Below are positions 24,599-36,834 of a DNA stretch of 64,000 bases, piece after piece. Source of the DNA: Zygnema circumcarinatum SAG 698-1b (taxonomy: Eukaryota > Plantae > Zygnematophyceae); NCBI GenBank assembly GCA_037447605.1, contig CM074812.1:124001-188000 (forward strand), in the 5' to 3' direction. Below the pieces are notes generated by a model. The model was not told where the DNA came from, ran no database searches, and saw only the letters and a list, made by a program, of their open reading frames with translations. Within the stretch, counting starts at the first letter, position 1, and each line of letters opens with the position of its first letter. A program made the position numbers and the translations under genes.

Positions 24599-27500
24599 CT
24601 AAAAAACCGTAAGGAGGTTATTTTCATTCCCGTGGGAGTAGACAATGCGCCGGTGGGGATCAATCTGCCAAGTCCCATCTACGATGAACTTAATCTGCAA
24701 AACCATCCAAGGTCGCATGTCATTCACACATTCAAAACACATTTTACATGAGAGTTCCTCCACTGCAAACAAAAAATCATCTAGATGAGCGTAGCTGGAA
24801 GGAGGCATGAACAAGTGAGCAAAAATGAACCTTCGACATGGAAATGCAGCGAAGACTGTGGCTGAAAGTGCTGGCATGTTCGGAATTGGTTTGAAAGGTG
24901 CTCTTGCGAAGGCTGGGCTGGGAAACGTTAGAAGTGAAGTGAAAACGGCCCTTGTGACCACAAATAGGTAAACGAAACCTGGGCCACTCTAATGTCTTCT
25001 TGGAAGCGTACCTCATAATTTCCTGGTTGAAGTTGTAACGTTGTCACAAAAACTCCCGCATTTGACTTTTCCATTTTTATCTGCATTACATAAGGGGGCT
25101 CATTAGAAGCAACATTTTCAGCCATAAACATGTGGCGAGAAAAGTCTGCACTCAAGTCAACAAATCAATAGGAAATGCAATCCTGAAGCCAATCAGCCTG
25201 ACGGACGAACTGGTTGTAAGCAAATTGGCTCCACCTGATTGGTCCAGTTGTCAAACGATCCCGTCAGCAAAACGTCTGTTCCAGGATTTGGCCATACCAC
25301 CCGCACAGGACGGACGGACAGATATGGACGCATCTCCATGCCGGACTCTTCCTCAACCTCAGTTTCCCTGCACCTCGAGCAAGCATGGCAGGGACAGGTG
25401 TCAGGATCTCATACGCCAGAACGACGGGACTTCACCGTTAGTTTGGATGTAGAGAAAACTTCCCCGCGAGTTGCCCCATGATACAGGAATTGCAGTTTTC
25501 CCCACCATCTTCAAGTGAACAGAAGGTCAATCCGTCTTAAAGCTGAGAAATGGAGAAGTCTCTTCCTGTAAATCTCACCGAATCCCAGCCGCCAGCTTTC
25601 CCTCCAGAGCCATAACCTCCGCCCTTGTATTGCGAAGTTCTTGGCGTGTTCGCATAATTTCACTTTCTCGAAACTCTAAAGAATCTGTAACCTCGATAAG
25701 CTCCTTCACAGTGTCTACGCGAACCTGCGGACGGAGGACCCAATTACAGGTTGGAGGCGCCGTGAACTTAGTCACTTAGACATGAGAGTAGAAAAGGGAA
25801 ACAAGCATACAAAGGACAGAAAACACTGAAGGGAAGAGCAAATCAATTTAGAACAAGGCATACATGTGCGCATTCGCATCTCGTTCTGAACGAAAATAGA
25901 CCTGAGTTCAAAACTTTTTGTCAGCAGCAGAGAAAAGGCGTTTCTGAGCATGCATGAGATTCCGTGCCTTGCCAATCCCACCTGCCGTGCATCCTCTTCG
26001 CTGTTGATGAGAGCCTCCCGACCGGACTGCAGAGCAGCGCGAGTGGCAGATAAAGACATCTCCAAAGCTCGTATGCGTTTGAGCATTGACAAGCCCCCTA
26101 ACGCCGGCTTTTCATCAGCTGCCCTGTTGGGAATTCCTGATGAATATTCCTCCCTGGAAGAGCCCAGAGCTTCTTGGGCCAATGGTGCACTTTGCGAAGC
26201 CAATTCGTCCTCCGTAACTGGTCGGTTCTGCTTCCTCCTTCTCCTCCTCCTCCTCGACCGAGGTTTGCCCATGTCGTCTCCATCGACAGCTGGACAGACA
26301 GAAGTTTGAAGAGAGCAGTGAGGCAAGAGAAATTACGCTGCGGAAAATGGAGCCGACCTGCTGGGAGTTGCGACCGTCGACATCATGTCGGGCTTCTCAT
26401 GGGAGACCGAGATGGAATTCAAAAAATTACCATTTTCAACAGAGAGGCGCGGGATGCTTGTCACCAAAACATGTCTCCCAAAAACCTGAGCCATTCGAGT
26501 ACGCAAATGTGTCCTTAATGACGCCGAAAAGGATTGTGGGAAAAGCACAACCGATGCATTTCTATTAAAAAATCAACTAATCAGATGACATAACACTACA
26601 GATTTCATTAAGACCTTGTGCTCCTCGTAAATCTATCACTCCAAGTCTGCTACATAAGAATAAAGTCTGCGTGAACCTGAAAGGTCTTGACGTGGCTTTA
26701 TGCCAAGTGTCTGCCCGCCCAGGTTTTGGCTGAAGTCGTCGGTCCTTGCAGATGGGGCCGCATCTTGCCGTCTGCCAGAGGGCAGTGAAGGTCCAGTGAC
26801 GCCCGTCCAGTCAAACATAGGAGGCACACTTTGGACGTTTGGTTCAGTTTCTTGTGTCGGAACGCTCCGTTGAAAACGATATTCCCTTTCTTGACGAGGT
26901 GAACCCTGGACTAGCACAGCCAGAAAGAGAGAACAGTCAGAAAGAGTATAATCACACGATGACGAGCGAGATGAGACATGCACTTGAGACACTACAAGAC
27001 ATACGTAAACCTCATGTAGCTGCAATAAGGCCAGCTTTTTATGACTGTGAGATGTCGCCACCTCCAAATCGACGGTGCAAGGGAATAGTTTTTCAAGGAG
27101 TTCAAGTTGAATCCCTTATTCCTGACTTCTTACTCGCTGTGAGGTTTCATCTCTTTGTGCTACGACAAGTCTGCCCTAGATAGGTACAAATCAATAAACC
27201 ATAACGGCAACATTAGCGCCACCTGCATGCCAGCACCCTTCTTCTGCAGTATTTTAAAAGCTAAGGCACAGACTTACAGTTTGCCCACCTGTACTTGTTG
27301 GTCGCTGATCCCAAACAACTGAGCCACAATTTTCCAGCCTCCCCTTCGCTTGACAGCTGCATCCAAGTCAATTCTCCGTGCTTCTCGGAGTTCCTGCGAA
27401 GTCGGAAGCATACTTGGGTGGCCAGCTATCGTATTGAACTCCTCCAACTCGCGTTTCAGATTCTCATCATTGGCCCAATACCCCTTTGGCTTATACCTTT

Positions 27501-29301
27501 TTCTGCATGCATGTGATTATATGACAAACAAATGAACCCGAGTGCCTTGAATACAGGGGAAAACAGAGCACGGATTGAAAGTAATGCGCAGAATGGGATG
27601 TGTTTCGGAAAGGGTTTGTCTTTTATCAAAGGCAACTAGAGCTGCATGTCAGGATTGTATGAATTAGACCATTAGACACGTTTTTGACTGCGGAGGGGAT
27701 TGTTTCTTTTGCATCTGTCACTCATCGGCCAGCACTACTTCGACCAACCTTTGACTGGTCTCATAAAGATACCTTCTTAATATTGTAACTCGAACATTGT
27801 GACACCACTTTGGGTTTCATCCTTCCTTTTCCAATTCTGCTATCATTTCTAAGTTCTTAACCAGCTGCCATTTCGGAAACGGATTTTGTAAATGAGGACA
27901 GCATCAATAAATTGCAGCTGGCAAATGAAAAAATAAATTGATGATCGCAGCACTTGTGCATACTTTGCAACCTACATAAAATGCGCAAGCATATGCTTTC
28001 AACTTGATCATTCCAGTAGCTACATGAGAATCTAAGGCACACAAAGGGCCACTCAGGAAAACACATTCTGATACACGGAAACACCCTCCCTCCCTTCCTC
28101 CCTCCACTGTCTGCATCCCTCCCAGCATTATGGGGAGGAAAAGAGCTGAAAATCGACAGTCGATTGAGTATCTTAAAACAAGTCTCAAGTCTAAAGAAGT
28201 CTTTCTCCCCAGTGACCAAGTGACCAGTTCACGACGCGCAGGATCTAGATGTAATGAGATTCCATACCTCGGCGATGTGGCATCATCAGCGTCAGCCGCT
28301 CCTTCAGAAGCCGAGCTTCCCTCAGCTCTACCCCCTTCCCTCCTACGTCGAATCTGTTCCAAAATCTCTGCCCTCCGTTCTGCTCGTTTGCTCCTGTCCG
28401 TTTGCCAAGCTGAATCAGATAAGGAACTGCCGCTCTTCTCCTCCACAACAGGATCATTACTTGGTGAGGTAGAATCCTGCCGAGCCTTCCAGGTGTCGAT
28501 GCTCCTGTCTGTTCGCCCTACTGAATCAGATAAGGAACTGCCGCTCTTCTCCTCCACAACAGCATCCTGACTTGGTGAGATAGTACTCTGCAAAGCCTTC
28601 CAGGGGTCAAATCCTAAAACATTGGCCAAAGAGAATGTTCTGCTTTTTCCTTCGTCGCCGCTCCTCCGCAGTTTTTCTGAGCTGGACGCTTTCCATCCAA
28701 ACCAACTGTCATCTACATTGTCATCTCTGTAGTCAGGCGCCCTCTCAAAGGAGCTGCTCTGCTTGCGCTGTGCCGGGGATTCCTTCTCCCAGCCAATAGC
28801 CAGCCAACCCCCCTGCTTGAGAATTCCTTCCACCAGCTCAGTTCGCCCTGCACGCAGCAGCTCATCTTTTGAAGGAAAGACATCCGGTTTACCAGACCTC
28901 TTCATGAACTCGAAAACCTCCATTTCGAGGTCCAGAGACGTTTGCTTTGCCTTCGAGTCATCATTTGCAGCGGAGCATACGACCACTCTACGAGAGCCAT
29001 GGCCAGAGAGGACCAGCCATTGCGAGCTACCAGCAACATATTGCTGCCGACACTCCGCAAGCGCAGCACGATCAGTCTGATGAGCAGCCCAAGGCACAGG
29101 ACTTATTCGAAGCAGAGACGTGTGGACGACGGCGCGTGGCTCAGACTGCAGCCCGCTTCGCCGCAGCAGGACGATGCAGTGCGCAGTGAAGGAGGAAGAG
29201 AGGGGCAACGCCGCGTCCCTCCGCGAGACGCGCGAGGCCTCTCCGCGGAGGCGGCAACCATGGCGGGGTGCCCGCCATGGTGGGAGGGCCGCGGCAGCCA
29301 T
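24599..29301 (-). CDS. PROTEIN TARGETING TO STARCH 2/3 (FLO6)-like protein: plastid transit peptide, coiled coil and C-terminal CBM48
   Basis: Conserved N-block EVFEFMKRSGKPDVFPSKDELLRAGRTELVEGILKQGGW; coiled-coil exons (LEFRESEIMRTRQELRNTRAEV); CBM48 exons FVTTLQLQPGNYE|IKFIVDGTWQIDPHRRIVYSHGNENNLLTV. The start codon is uncertain (29301 or slightly upstream). Confidence 0.85.
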
Positions 29302-29351
29302 TTCTCGGAGGGGGCCACCGCCATGGCTCCCGCGGACGCCCGAGGCGAAGG

Positions 29352-29447
29352 CGGACATGTACGGACATGTACTGTATTGTACGAATATGTTCGACATTGT
29401 ACGAATATGTCTGGCACTGTACGAATATGTTAGACCATACCGTACGG
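29352..29447. promoter_or_regulatory. Phased GTAC array: three TGTACGAATATGT units at 20-bp period plus two CGGACATGTA units at 10-bp period
   Basis: GTAC starts at 29359, 29369, 29379, 29399, 29419 and 29442, about 60-140 bp upstream of the PTST-like ATG. A regulatory role is inferred. Confidence 0.55.
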
Positions 29448-29653
29448 TAGCCAGCGCGCCCCGAATCTCCGACTCGAAACCCTTTTTTCATTGTCGAGTG
29501 GAGCATCCCAATCAGAAGTTGCCACGTGTATAGGACTGCACACGTGGCGAATTCTCATAGGAAGGCCCTGGAAACCGGTTTGTCACGCAAAGCGGAGAGC
29601 GTTGTTGTGCTACATGAGACTTGACCGCGGCTCATGGCAATCGCAAGCACTAG

Positions 29654-29654
<1 letters not shown>

Positions 29655-29684
<30 letters not shown>
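29655..29684 (+). repeat. (CAA)10 microsatellite
   Basis: Perfect trinucleotide run in the intergenic/3'UTR region. Confidence 0.95.
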
Positions 29685-29905
29685 GAAGATGGTTGCCAAT
29701 CCAGTCTCTTCTGAACAACAACATGGCATTAGGAAGAGCAAGACATGGTCTAAAGTTACATGTGTTCTCAGGCTTGGCATTGCAGTGGTCTAAAAACTCT
29801 AAAAACTCTAGCTGTATCAATCCTAAAACCTTAACCCTAAACCCAGACTGACACGAATCGTTCGTTACAAGCAGAGCCTGCGCATGGAGAGGGTTCACGT
29901 CCCCT

Positions 29906-32013
29906 TTAGGATTGGTCTAACAGGACCACCTCTTGCACGCCGTTGATGGCTACCACGTCGACCTCGAAGACGAGGGGAGTCCCCGCCAACGGGTGGTTGG
30001 CGTCGATGCGTACCGTGGTTTCATCCATCTGCTTTGCACATGCAGCCATTGATTAGAAATAAACTGCATTTCAACAAATGGGCAGTATACTAAGTCACTC
30101 AGTGACTGCTTTTCCTAAAACAGTGCTTTATGCATCAAGAGTAAAGGAATGTTTCAGGTTCTTTCACACTCACATCTACTATGACTGCTGGTTCTCCGTT
30201 TGCAAGCAGCACCAGGGAGCCTGGCTGTAAAGGTGACTCGTTTTGAGCCTCTGCCTCCCTCATTAATCGCTCAATCTCCTCGTGGTTTCTCGGAACATCG
30301 AACACGAAGTCCTCTCTCCTCTCGCCGGCTGTCGCCTAAACAAATCACTCCGAACTACCACCGTCAATCAAAATATAAAGGTGAAGGAGTATCTTTCTGG
30401 GTTTGAGGTGCACTGGCCATTCGCAAAGCAATCTCTGAGCCCTGAAGCACATGCGAGCAAAGGAAAGAACTGGAAAGGAAACCAACCAATGAAAATTGCT
30501 TCCACGAAGTTACAAAGGTACCTGAAAGACTCGTGTTTCACCGATGGTCAAGCCCCGCACTGCCGCGTCAAAGCCCTGCGTCAAGGGGGTGGCCTCAGCT
30601 ATCAAACGACCTCAAATAGGCAGCATTTACATGGTCGATGAATTCAGATTCACCTTTGAATCAATTCAATCCACAGTAAGAGAGAAGGTGCATCATCATA
30701 TGTCCTGAGAGATGAAAGTACAGACATTAAGAACTACAGGACAAACAAGATGCTGTAAATAATAAAGGAACAAGAATTTAGGCCCAGTGAAATACAGTTA
30801 TATGGAGCGGCAACATCATATAACAAGCACAAGAAACTGAACATGGAAGAGACATATTAGAAGACTTAACTCCAAAAGAAACTGTAAATACAATGCAGAA
30901 ATTTAAAAAGCACAATTGTACGAAATGGTGGGACATTTGAGCCGGAAATTCATACTTGAAAAAGTGGGTTTCCCATCACGTTCCCGGCACCCACTTCAAA
31001 AGTTAACGGTTCTTTCCCCTCCGATGATTGCAACACCTGTCAGAGGATGCATGGCTGCCGCATATTTTAGTGGTCGAACTTGACAAGACAGAACATAGCA
31101 CAAATCCATGCAACAATGGACTGCTTCAAATTGCACGCAAAGATAATCATTAGTTTCAAGGAAGCTATTATGAAAGGAGAAGTTAATGCTCACCTCTCCA
31201 GACTCGGTTTTACAACGAAAATGAGTGCTGACCATGTCTCCCACCTGAACTACCTGCGGCCCTGCATAAATCAATCGAAACAGTTTTATAAGTCACTTTC
31301 AGGAAAGCAGCTTAGCAGATTTATATGCATCAGCTGATGTTGTTTCATGTCTCTGGGCAGTAGGGAACGGACAACGACTTCTTTTTGGTTAAAAGACAGA
31401 GTATTTGTGGAAGAGATAAGTTTCGAACCTATGCGCTTTGAAAAAAATAAAATAGAAGGGTAGGACTGGATAAACGTGAAAATGAATTCATAGCAAGAGA
31501 CAACCTATTGTATTTGAATGTTTTACAATTAAGTAATGCATCTAGGAAGAGTAAAACTGGAAACCAAACACGCCCTCATATGCAGACACCAGCATAGCTA
31601 AACTCGATGGAAGTACCACGTTGCAGACATCAACCTGATAAATTTTCTTCCAAAAAAATCGTAAAACGTATGTAGAGGAAAAAAGAGAGGATTCTTGAAC
31701 CTGCTGGTTGATGTTCAACAACTCCGCTGATGCAGATTGCCTCTCCTTCGAGCCCCCGCAATACCCGCAAAGCCCTGCAAACCTTCAGAGGTCCTTTCTC
31801 TTTCCCACTCTTCAGACAACGACTCTGCTCCCTCCATCCCTGCTCTCTCCTCTCCCTCAGTCGCGTCCTCCCGCCTTCTCCACCAAGCTTGCAGCTCGTT
31901 GACCTCCCCAGCCATGGCGGCTGCCTGCAAGCACTCCCCTTTGAACTCTCTCCGCCAGCAGACGAGTAGGGCTGCCATGTGACTTGCCGGCTGGCAAACC
32001 CACAAGCAGCCAT
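29906..32013 (-). CDS. FKBP-type peptidyl-prolyl isomerase of the SlyD/SlpA (FkpB) class with insert-in-flap domain and putative plastid transit peptide; ~6 exons
   Basis: Spliced exons: GPQVVQVGDMVSTHFRCKTESGE|VLQSSEGKEPLTFEVGAGNVMGNPLFQ|GFDAAVRGLTIGETRVFQ|ATAGERREDFVFDVPRNHEE..LQPGSLVLLANGEPAVIVD|MDETTVRIDANHPLAGTPLVFEVDVVAI*. DxNHPLAG is the SlyD/SlpA signature. Confidence 0.88.
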
Positions 32014-32442
32014 CCTGTTTATGGTAGGTCGGGACTGCCACGTGTCTGCTCCAGAGACGAGCGGTGTGTAAGGGGAGCAGCTGGGAGCTTGCCAGCGCTT
32101 GACACCCTCAAGCTTCAGGATTAGGGTTTGAAATTGCTGCGAGCGGGAAGACGCTCCTCGTGTCAACGTCTCTGCGCTTCGCGCAGCTACTTTGGTGTCC
32201 TGTCAACGTCAGCTTTCTTTGTTCGTCACAAGTTTTAAGGCAGTCCTGCATATTATTTTATGCACGTACATATTCAGCAACAATGAATTTGTATTGTATC
32301 CCTCGGATATTTTAGAATATCAATAACTTAAGGTTAAGCTTGAAGAATCTTGAGAATTCCTTTCTTCTTTTGTTGTCCTTTTTTTTTGTTTTCTAAGAAA
32401 CCGCTCCTTCTATGCTTGTTGACCTGTAGAAAGATACCAGTC

Positions 32443-33936
32443 ATGGCAGCAGCATTATTGTCGCTCACAGGAGTCAAATCTCCTCTCCTTTTACCGATTA
32501 GACTTGCGAACTCGACCAATTCAAGCGTCAAAAGGTTGCCAAGTAGCCACATATGCAGCCCTTTTATGCCTGTAACTCTGCGAGGCAGACATAAAAGGTT
32601 GAATTCGCTGTCCTGTCGCGCTGAGATCGAGAGTGGTGGGAATCTCAAGCTTTCTCCCCCTCAGCTTGATCACTCCCTTAAAGAAGGGTTAGTTTTCTCT
32701 ACTATTGGTGAAGAATTCTGGGACTCGGGGGGTATAGGGGGGGCAGTTGTGAAGAGATATGAGAGCGATAACGAGGAACGGTGGTACATGTGGTATCAGG
32801 GATGGCATGAATTGGGACCAGACGAAAAAGTAGCAGAGGGGTCTGTTTCTCTTCCTGAAGCTTCTGGAGGTAGCAGCATTAGTGAGCAGAACAGCGATGG
32901 AAAATTTGTGAAAAGTTTGCCTTCTGCTTCGGTCGGCTTAGCTCTTTCTTCAAATGGGCTGCATTGGCGTCGGATCGATGAAATTCTGGACGGCAAAAGT
33001 GATGTTATGAAGGGAGCTGAGGGTATGGTGATGCAGCCGTCCCCAGATTGGTGGACTTTGGATACACATCATTGTAACGTATCTGATGTTCTTATTATGT
33101 CAAGCCAGAGAGTGAGAGCTCGAGCGGGAGTGTATTGGATGTTCTATGCAGGAGGCACAAGGGAAGAGGTTCCCTTGCCGAAGGACCTGGCAGACGAGGG
33201 GTTAGGGTTAGGTTTAGGCTTAGGAGCTGGGTCAGGGTTAGAGCTAGGATCGAAGCCGCAAGCTGGAGAATTGGTGGAAGGGTTGAGAAGGAGGCCTGGC
33301 CTTGCAATGAGCAATGACGGATGGAATTGGGCGAGAATAGAAGGGGATCATCACAGTGGAGCTTTGTTTGATGTTGGAAAGGAGGGTGAATGGGATTCCC
33401 TTTATATTGACGCCCCTCAAGTTATATTCCACGAGCCTGGTGACATTCGAATGTATTATCACAGCTTCCATGAAGGAGTAGGCCGCTTCACAGTGGGGTT
33501 AGCACGCTCGAGGGATGGGCTGAAGTGGGTGAAATTAGGGCAATGTATATTCACAGGAGAGCAGAAGCCATTTGAGGCTCTAGGGATAGCCGCTCGCCAG
33601 GTTATCCCAGATCCGAACGAGAACGGATGCTATCTAATGTTCTACGAAGGAGTTGCATCTGACGGATCGAAAAGTATTGGGATTGCAAAATCAAAGACTG
33701 GATTATGGGAGTGGGAGAGGCTAGAAGGTGGTCCTGTGCTTAGTCCCTCTGCACAGGAGGGAGCGTGGGACTGCTGGTCTGTGGGCTCTCCCTGCGTAGT
33801 GGATATGGGAAATGGGAAGTGGCGACTCTATTATGTTGGAGTTGGAAACGATGGGAAGCGCGCGCTGGGCATGGCAGAGAATGAAGGGGAAGGGTTGCTG
33901 TCATTCAGAAGATGGAGGAACACGCTCGCTGATTAA
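32443..33936 (+). CDS. Five-bladed beta-propeller glycoside hydrolase-like protein (arabinanase/levansucrase/invertase superfamily), putative plastid-targeted; single coding exon
   Basis: Ser/Arg-rich transit-like N-terminus. Repeated blades WYMWYQG..VGLALSSNGLHWRR, YWMFYAG..PGLAMSNDGWNWAR, RMYYHS..VGLARSRDGLKWVK, LMFYEG..IGIAKS and WRLYYVG..GMA. Confidence 0.85.
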   Translation: MAAALLSLTGVKSPLLLPIRLANSTNSSVKRLPSSHICSPFMPVTLRGRHKRLNSLSCRAEIESGGNLKLSPPQLDHSLKEGLVFSTIGEEFWDSGGIGGAVVKRYESDNEERWYMWYQGWHELGPDEKVAEGSVSLPEASGGSSISEQNSDGKFVKSLPSASVGLALSSNGLHWRRIDEILDGKSDVMKGAEGMVMQPSPDWWTLDTHHCNVSDVLIMSSQRVRARAGVYWMFYAGGTREEVPLPKDLADEGLGLGLGLGAGSGLELGSKPQAGELVEGLRRRPGLAMSNDGWNWARIEGDHHSGALFDVGKEGEWDSLYIDAPQVIFHEPGDIRMYYHSFHEGVGRFTVGLARSRDGLKWVKLGQCIFTGEQKPFEALGIAARQVIPDPNENGCYLMFYEGVASDGSKSIGIAKSKTGLWEWERLEGGPVLSPSAQEGAWDCWSVGSPCVVDMGNGKWRLYYVGVGNDGKRALGMAENEGEGLLSFRRWRNTLAD

Positions 33937-34639
33937 GGATGCAGGAAATGTCTTCCTGAATAGAAGCTAAATCGCTTGTAGACCTTTAAACAGGAATAGT
34001 GAACTTCTGAGGGGTATGTGAAACCGTTCTGCAGGATGAAGTGACATCTCCCAAATGTTGTGTTTTGCATCTCATGTGAGGACATGTGATGTATGTCGGA
34101 ATAGTTTCAAAGAGAATGCTTCATATTACTGCATTTTCTTCCATATTGACAGCGTCAAAGCTTCCAAAAGGAAAACACCACTTTTGGACATAAAGTCAGA
34201 TATTTCCAATTAAAAGAGAAGGGCCTGAAACATCATCGCCATCAGTAAACATGGGTGTGTTTATGTGAGAACGCACTGAACTTTTACTTTTGGTCTGCTT
34301 ATGGCTTGAACTAGACTAACATTCGCATTGTTTGAGAACAATGACTTAGAGCCACAGACTGTCGACCATAACCCTCACTGCTCAAAACTGATGTTTGAAA
34401 GTTCGATTCAAAGTCAGTCAGTTGTTATGACCCGCAACAACAGTTCTATTTTTGAGCCATCTCGCAACTACTGTATAGCTGCAAATCAATAAGGTGCAGT
34501 AGCCTTGAGTACATGGTGGCCACTAGAACGGTGAAGGGGGAAAACAAGCAGGCTGAAGAAAACCACAACCGCATCCCACTCGTACACAGCCCTCTGACGC
34601 CCATCCTAAGACATTGTCTATGATTCGTAGATGGGAAAA

Positions 34640-35090
34640 AAGCAGAGACAGGAAGGGAATGGAGGGAGGAAGATAGTGGACAGCGAGTAGGAGTCGCGAG
34701 GGAGGCAGTGGCAAGGACAGCGACACATGAGGACGATGGGTGTAAGGAGAGAGAGGAGGGTGTGCCAACGCGGGTGGGGAGAGAGAGAGGGGTTGGAGAG
34801 AGGACAGAGAGAGTGCGGGGGAGTGGGAGAGCGAGAGAGGGAGGGCGAGAGAGAGTGTGGGGGGGAGCGTGGAGAGAGAGAGGGAGAGCGAGAGAGTGAA
34901 GGGAGAGAAGAGAGAGAGACAGGGGGGAGAGGAGAGAGAGAGAGAGCGGGGGGAAGAGAGGAGAGAGGGAGGGAGAGAGACAGAGAGAGTGGGGGGGGGA
35001 AAAGAGAGCGAGAGAGGGAGAGGGAGCGAGAGAGGGGGGGGGGAGACACGACAGAGTGGGAGGGAGAATGTGGGGAGAGAGAGAAAGGGA
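34640..35090 (+). repeat. Long GA-rich polypurine low-complexity tract
   Basis: About 400 bp of (GA)n/GGGAGA sequence. The ORFs over it are compositional artefacts. Confidence 0.85.
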
Positions 35091-35419
35091 TAGCCATAAC
35101 AACACTTGCAACATGTCATGAGCTCCATGGCCTAGCGCCCACATCCCCCCACATGTGGGCCCCTCCCCCGGCCCCGCCGCGTCCGACAGCGACTAAGGGC
35201 GACTTCGGGTCAGCCGTAGGGTCCGTACGACTGCTCGTGCGACGAAAATTTCGGGTACGGTACCGGTAGGGGAGGGCGCCTGAGTTTCGGGCGCTAGGGC
35301 GATACATCGCAATATCACCGGCGCATCGGCTGGTGAGGACAGACGTGGCCGGCGCCGGCCGGCCACCGGGCAACAAATGGCCGGCCGGCAGGAACGGTGC
35401 CCGCGTGTGCCAGCGCGTA

Positions 35420-35480
35420 CCCTAACCCTAACCCTAATCCTTGCAGGCCATCGTCTCTGCTCTGAGCTTGGAACCCTAAT
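35420..35480 (+). promoter_or_regulatory. Telobox-like elements, (CCCTAA)3 and AACCCTAAT, upstream of the SNARE gene
   Basis: ccctaaccctaaccctaa at 35420-35437 and gaaccctaat at 35471-35480, about 25-85 bp before ATG 35504. Confidence 0.6.
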
Positions 35481-35503
35481 TTGCTTAATTTCCCAGCACA
35501 CGC

Positions 35504-36834
35504 ATGGCTTATAAAAGCTATCGGAGCGAGTAAGTTTGTTGCGGGGTTGATTTTACATGATTTGATTTTTTTTCTGGCAGGTTGGGAGGAGGAGGAGGAG
35601 GACGACGAAAGTAGGTAGAGAAGGTAGTAGATGTAGAAGCAGAAACTGCGGCAGTTGGGATAGAGAGGGGAGAGATGGAGGAATAGAGAGGGTGGGAGAG
35701 CGGAGGAGCTATGAGGAGGGGAGAGAGAGTCAGCGGGAGAGAAAAGGTGTGATAAACTATGTATTTATCCGTGCGGCAGCGTTGGTATTTGAATCGTTCC
35801 TGACGGACGAATGCTGGCTGTTTGCAGGAGAGGCTTCACGCAGCGTTCCTCATTACTGGGAGAGCAGAGCGCACAGCTTCAAGTGAAAATCGACGCAAGA
35901 GATGAGATAGACAGTCATGTTTCGGGACTTCGCGCGCAAGTGAACCGCTTGAAACACGTGCGGTTTGCTATTTGGGCTGTTTTCTTTGCTTCTCTTAATT
36001 TAATCTGCATAAGTGAAAGCACTCAGATTTTTCGGACTGAAGTATTTCATTTGTTGCTTCGCATCATTGCAATACTCGGGAGAATTCCAGCTTCAATCGG
36101 CTAGTGTTTGCCGTCTTGGTCTGTCGTGAAGCCTTAAGTTGGTATGTTGACAGGCTGCTACTTGACACAAACCAGCACAAGGGCGCTTCTCTGCAGGTTG
36201 CCAGTGAAATTGGTGATGAAGTGAAGCAGCAACAGGAGCTTCACCAACAATTGGTATGTTCTCTGCCTGTTGCCCCTTCATGGCGTAACGCCAGAATCTG
36301 ACTTTCCCCGGAATACTTGAGCACATTCTCGAGGGGTCACGAAAGTATTTTACGACTTAAGGAAGCTCGACATAGGGCCACAATTGAAACCACGAGGTGA
36401 AATTGCTGCTGGTGTTGGTCGATTTTCAATGTTTATCATTGCAGAAGCATTATGCGTGAAGTCATACTGCAAAGGAAAATACTTCAAGGAAGCATCGACG
36501 TTATGTGACGTTCAATGTTTAAGATTCAAGAGCCTTTGGAGGACTATAAACTGAAGGTTTACGGAATTATGGACGAATGATAGGATAAGGAAGGCTCCTC
36601 CGAACCCGTACCTGAAAGCTTGTCCAACCTTTTTCTTATCAAATGAACCTCCTCCCCTCCTGTGTCTATGTCTGGCAGGAGCAAGCTTTGATATCAGCAC
36701 GAGCGGCTTTGAAGAATGGCATGCGGAAACTCAACCAGGCTATAGCGTCTAGCGGGAATGCTTATCTCATTCACGTCATTTTGTTTGCTCTGGGATGCTT
36801 CCTTTTGGTCTATTTGTGGTCAAAATTCAGCTAA
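35504..36834 (+). CDS. Bet1/Sft1-like Golgi Qc-SNARE; 4 exons
   Basis: MAYKSYRSE|RGFTQRSSLL..IDSHVSGLRAQVNRLKH|VASEIGDEVKQQQELHQQL|EQALISARAALKNGMRKLN..HVILFALGCFLLVYLWSKFS*: a SNARE coil plus a C-terminal tail anchor. Confidence 0.88.

Noticed and set aside
29378-29430. CRISPR-like repeat-spacer array
   Set aside because: The 13-bp repeats and 7-bp spacers are far too short, the context is eukaryotic, and there are no cas genes.
34446-35269. Long Leu/Ser/Pro and Glu/Arg/Gly ORFs
   Set aside because: Translations of a GA/CT low-complexity tract with no domain or splice support.
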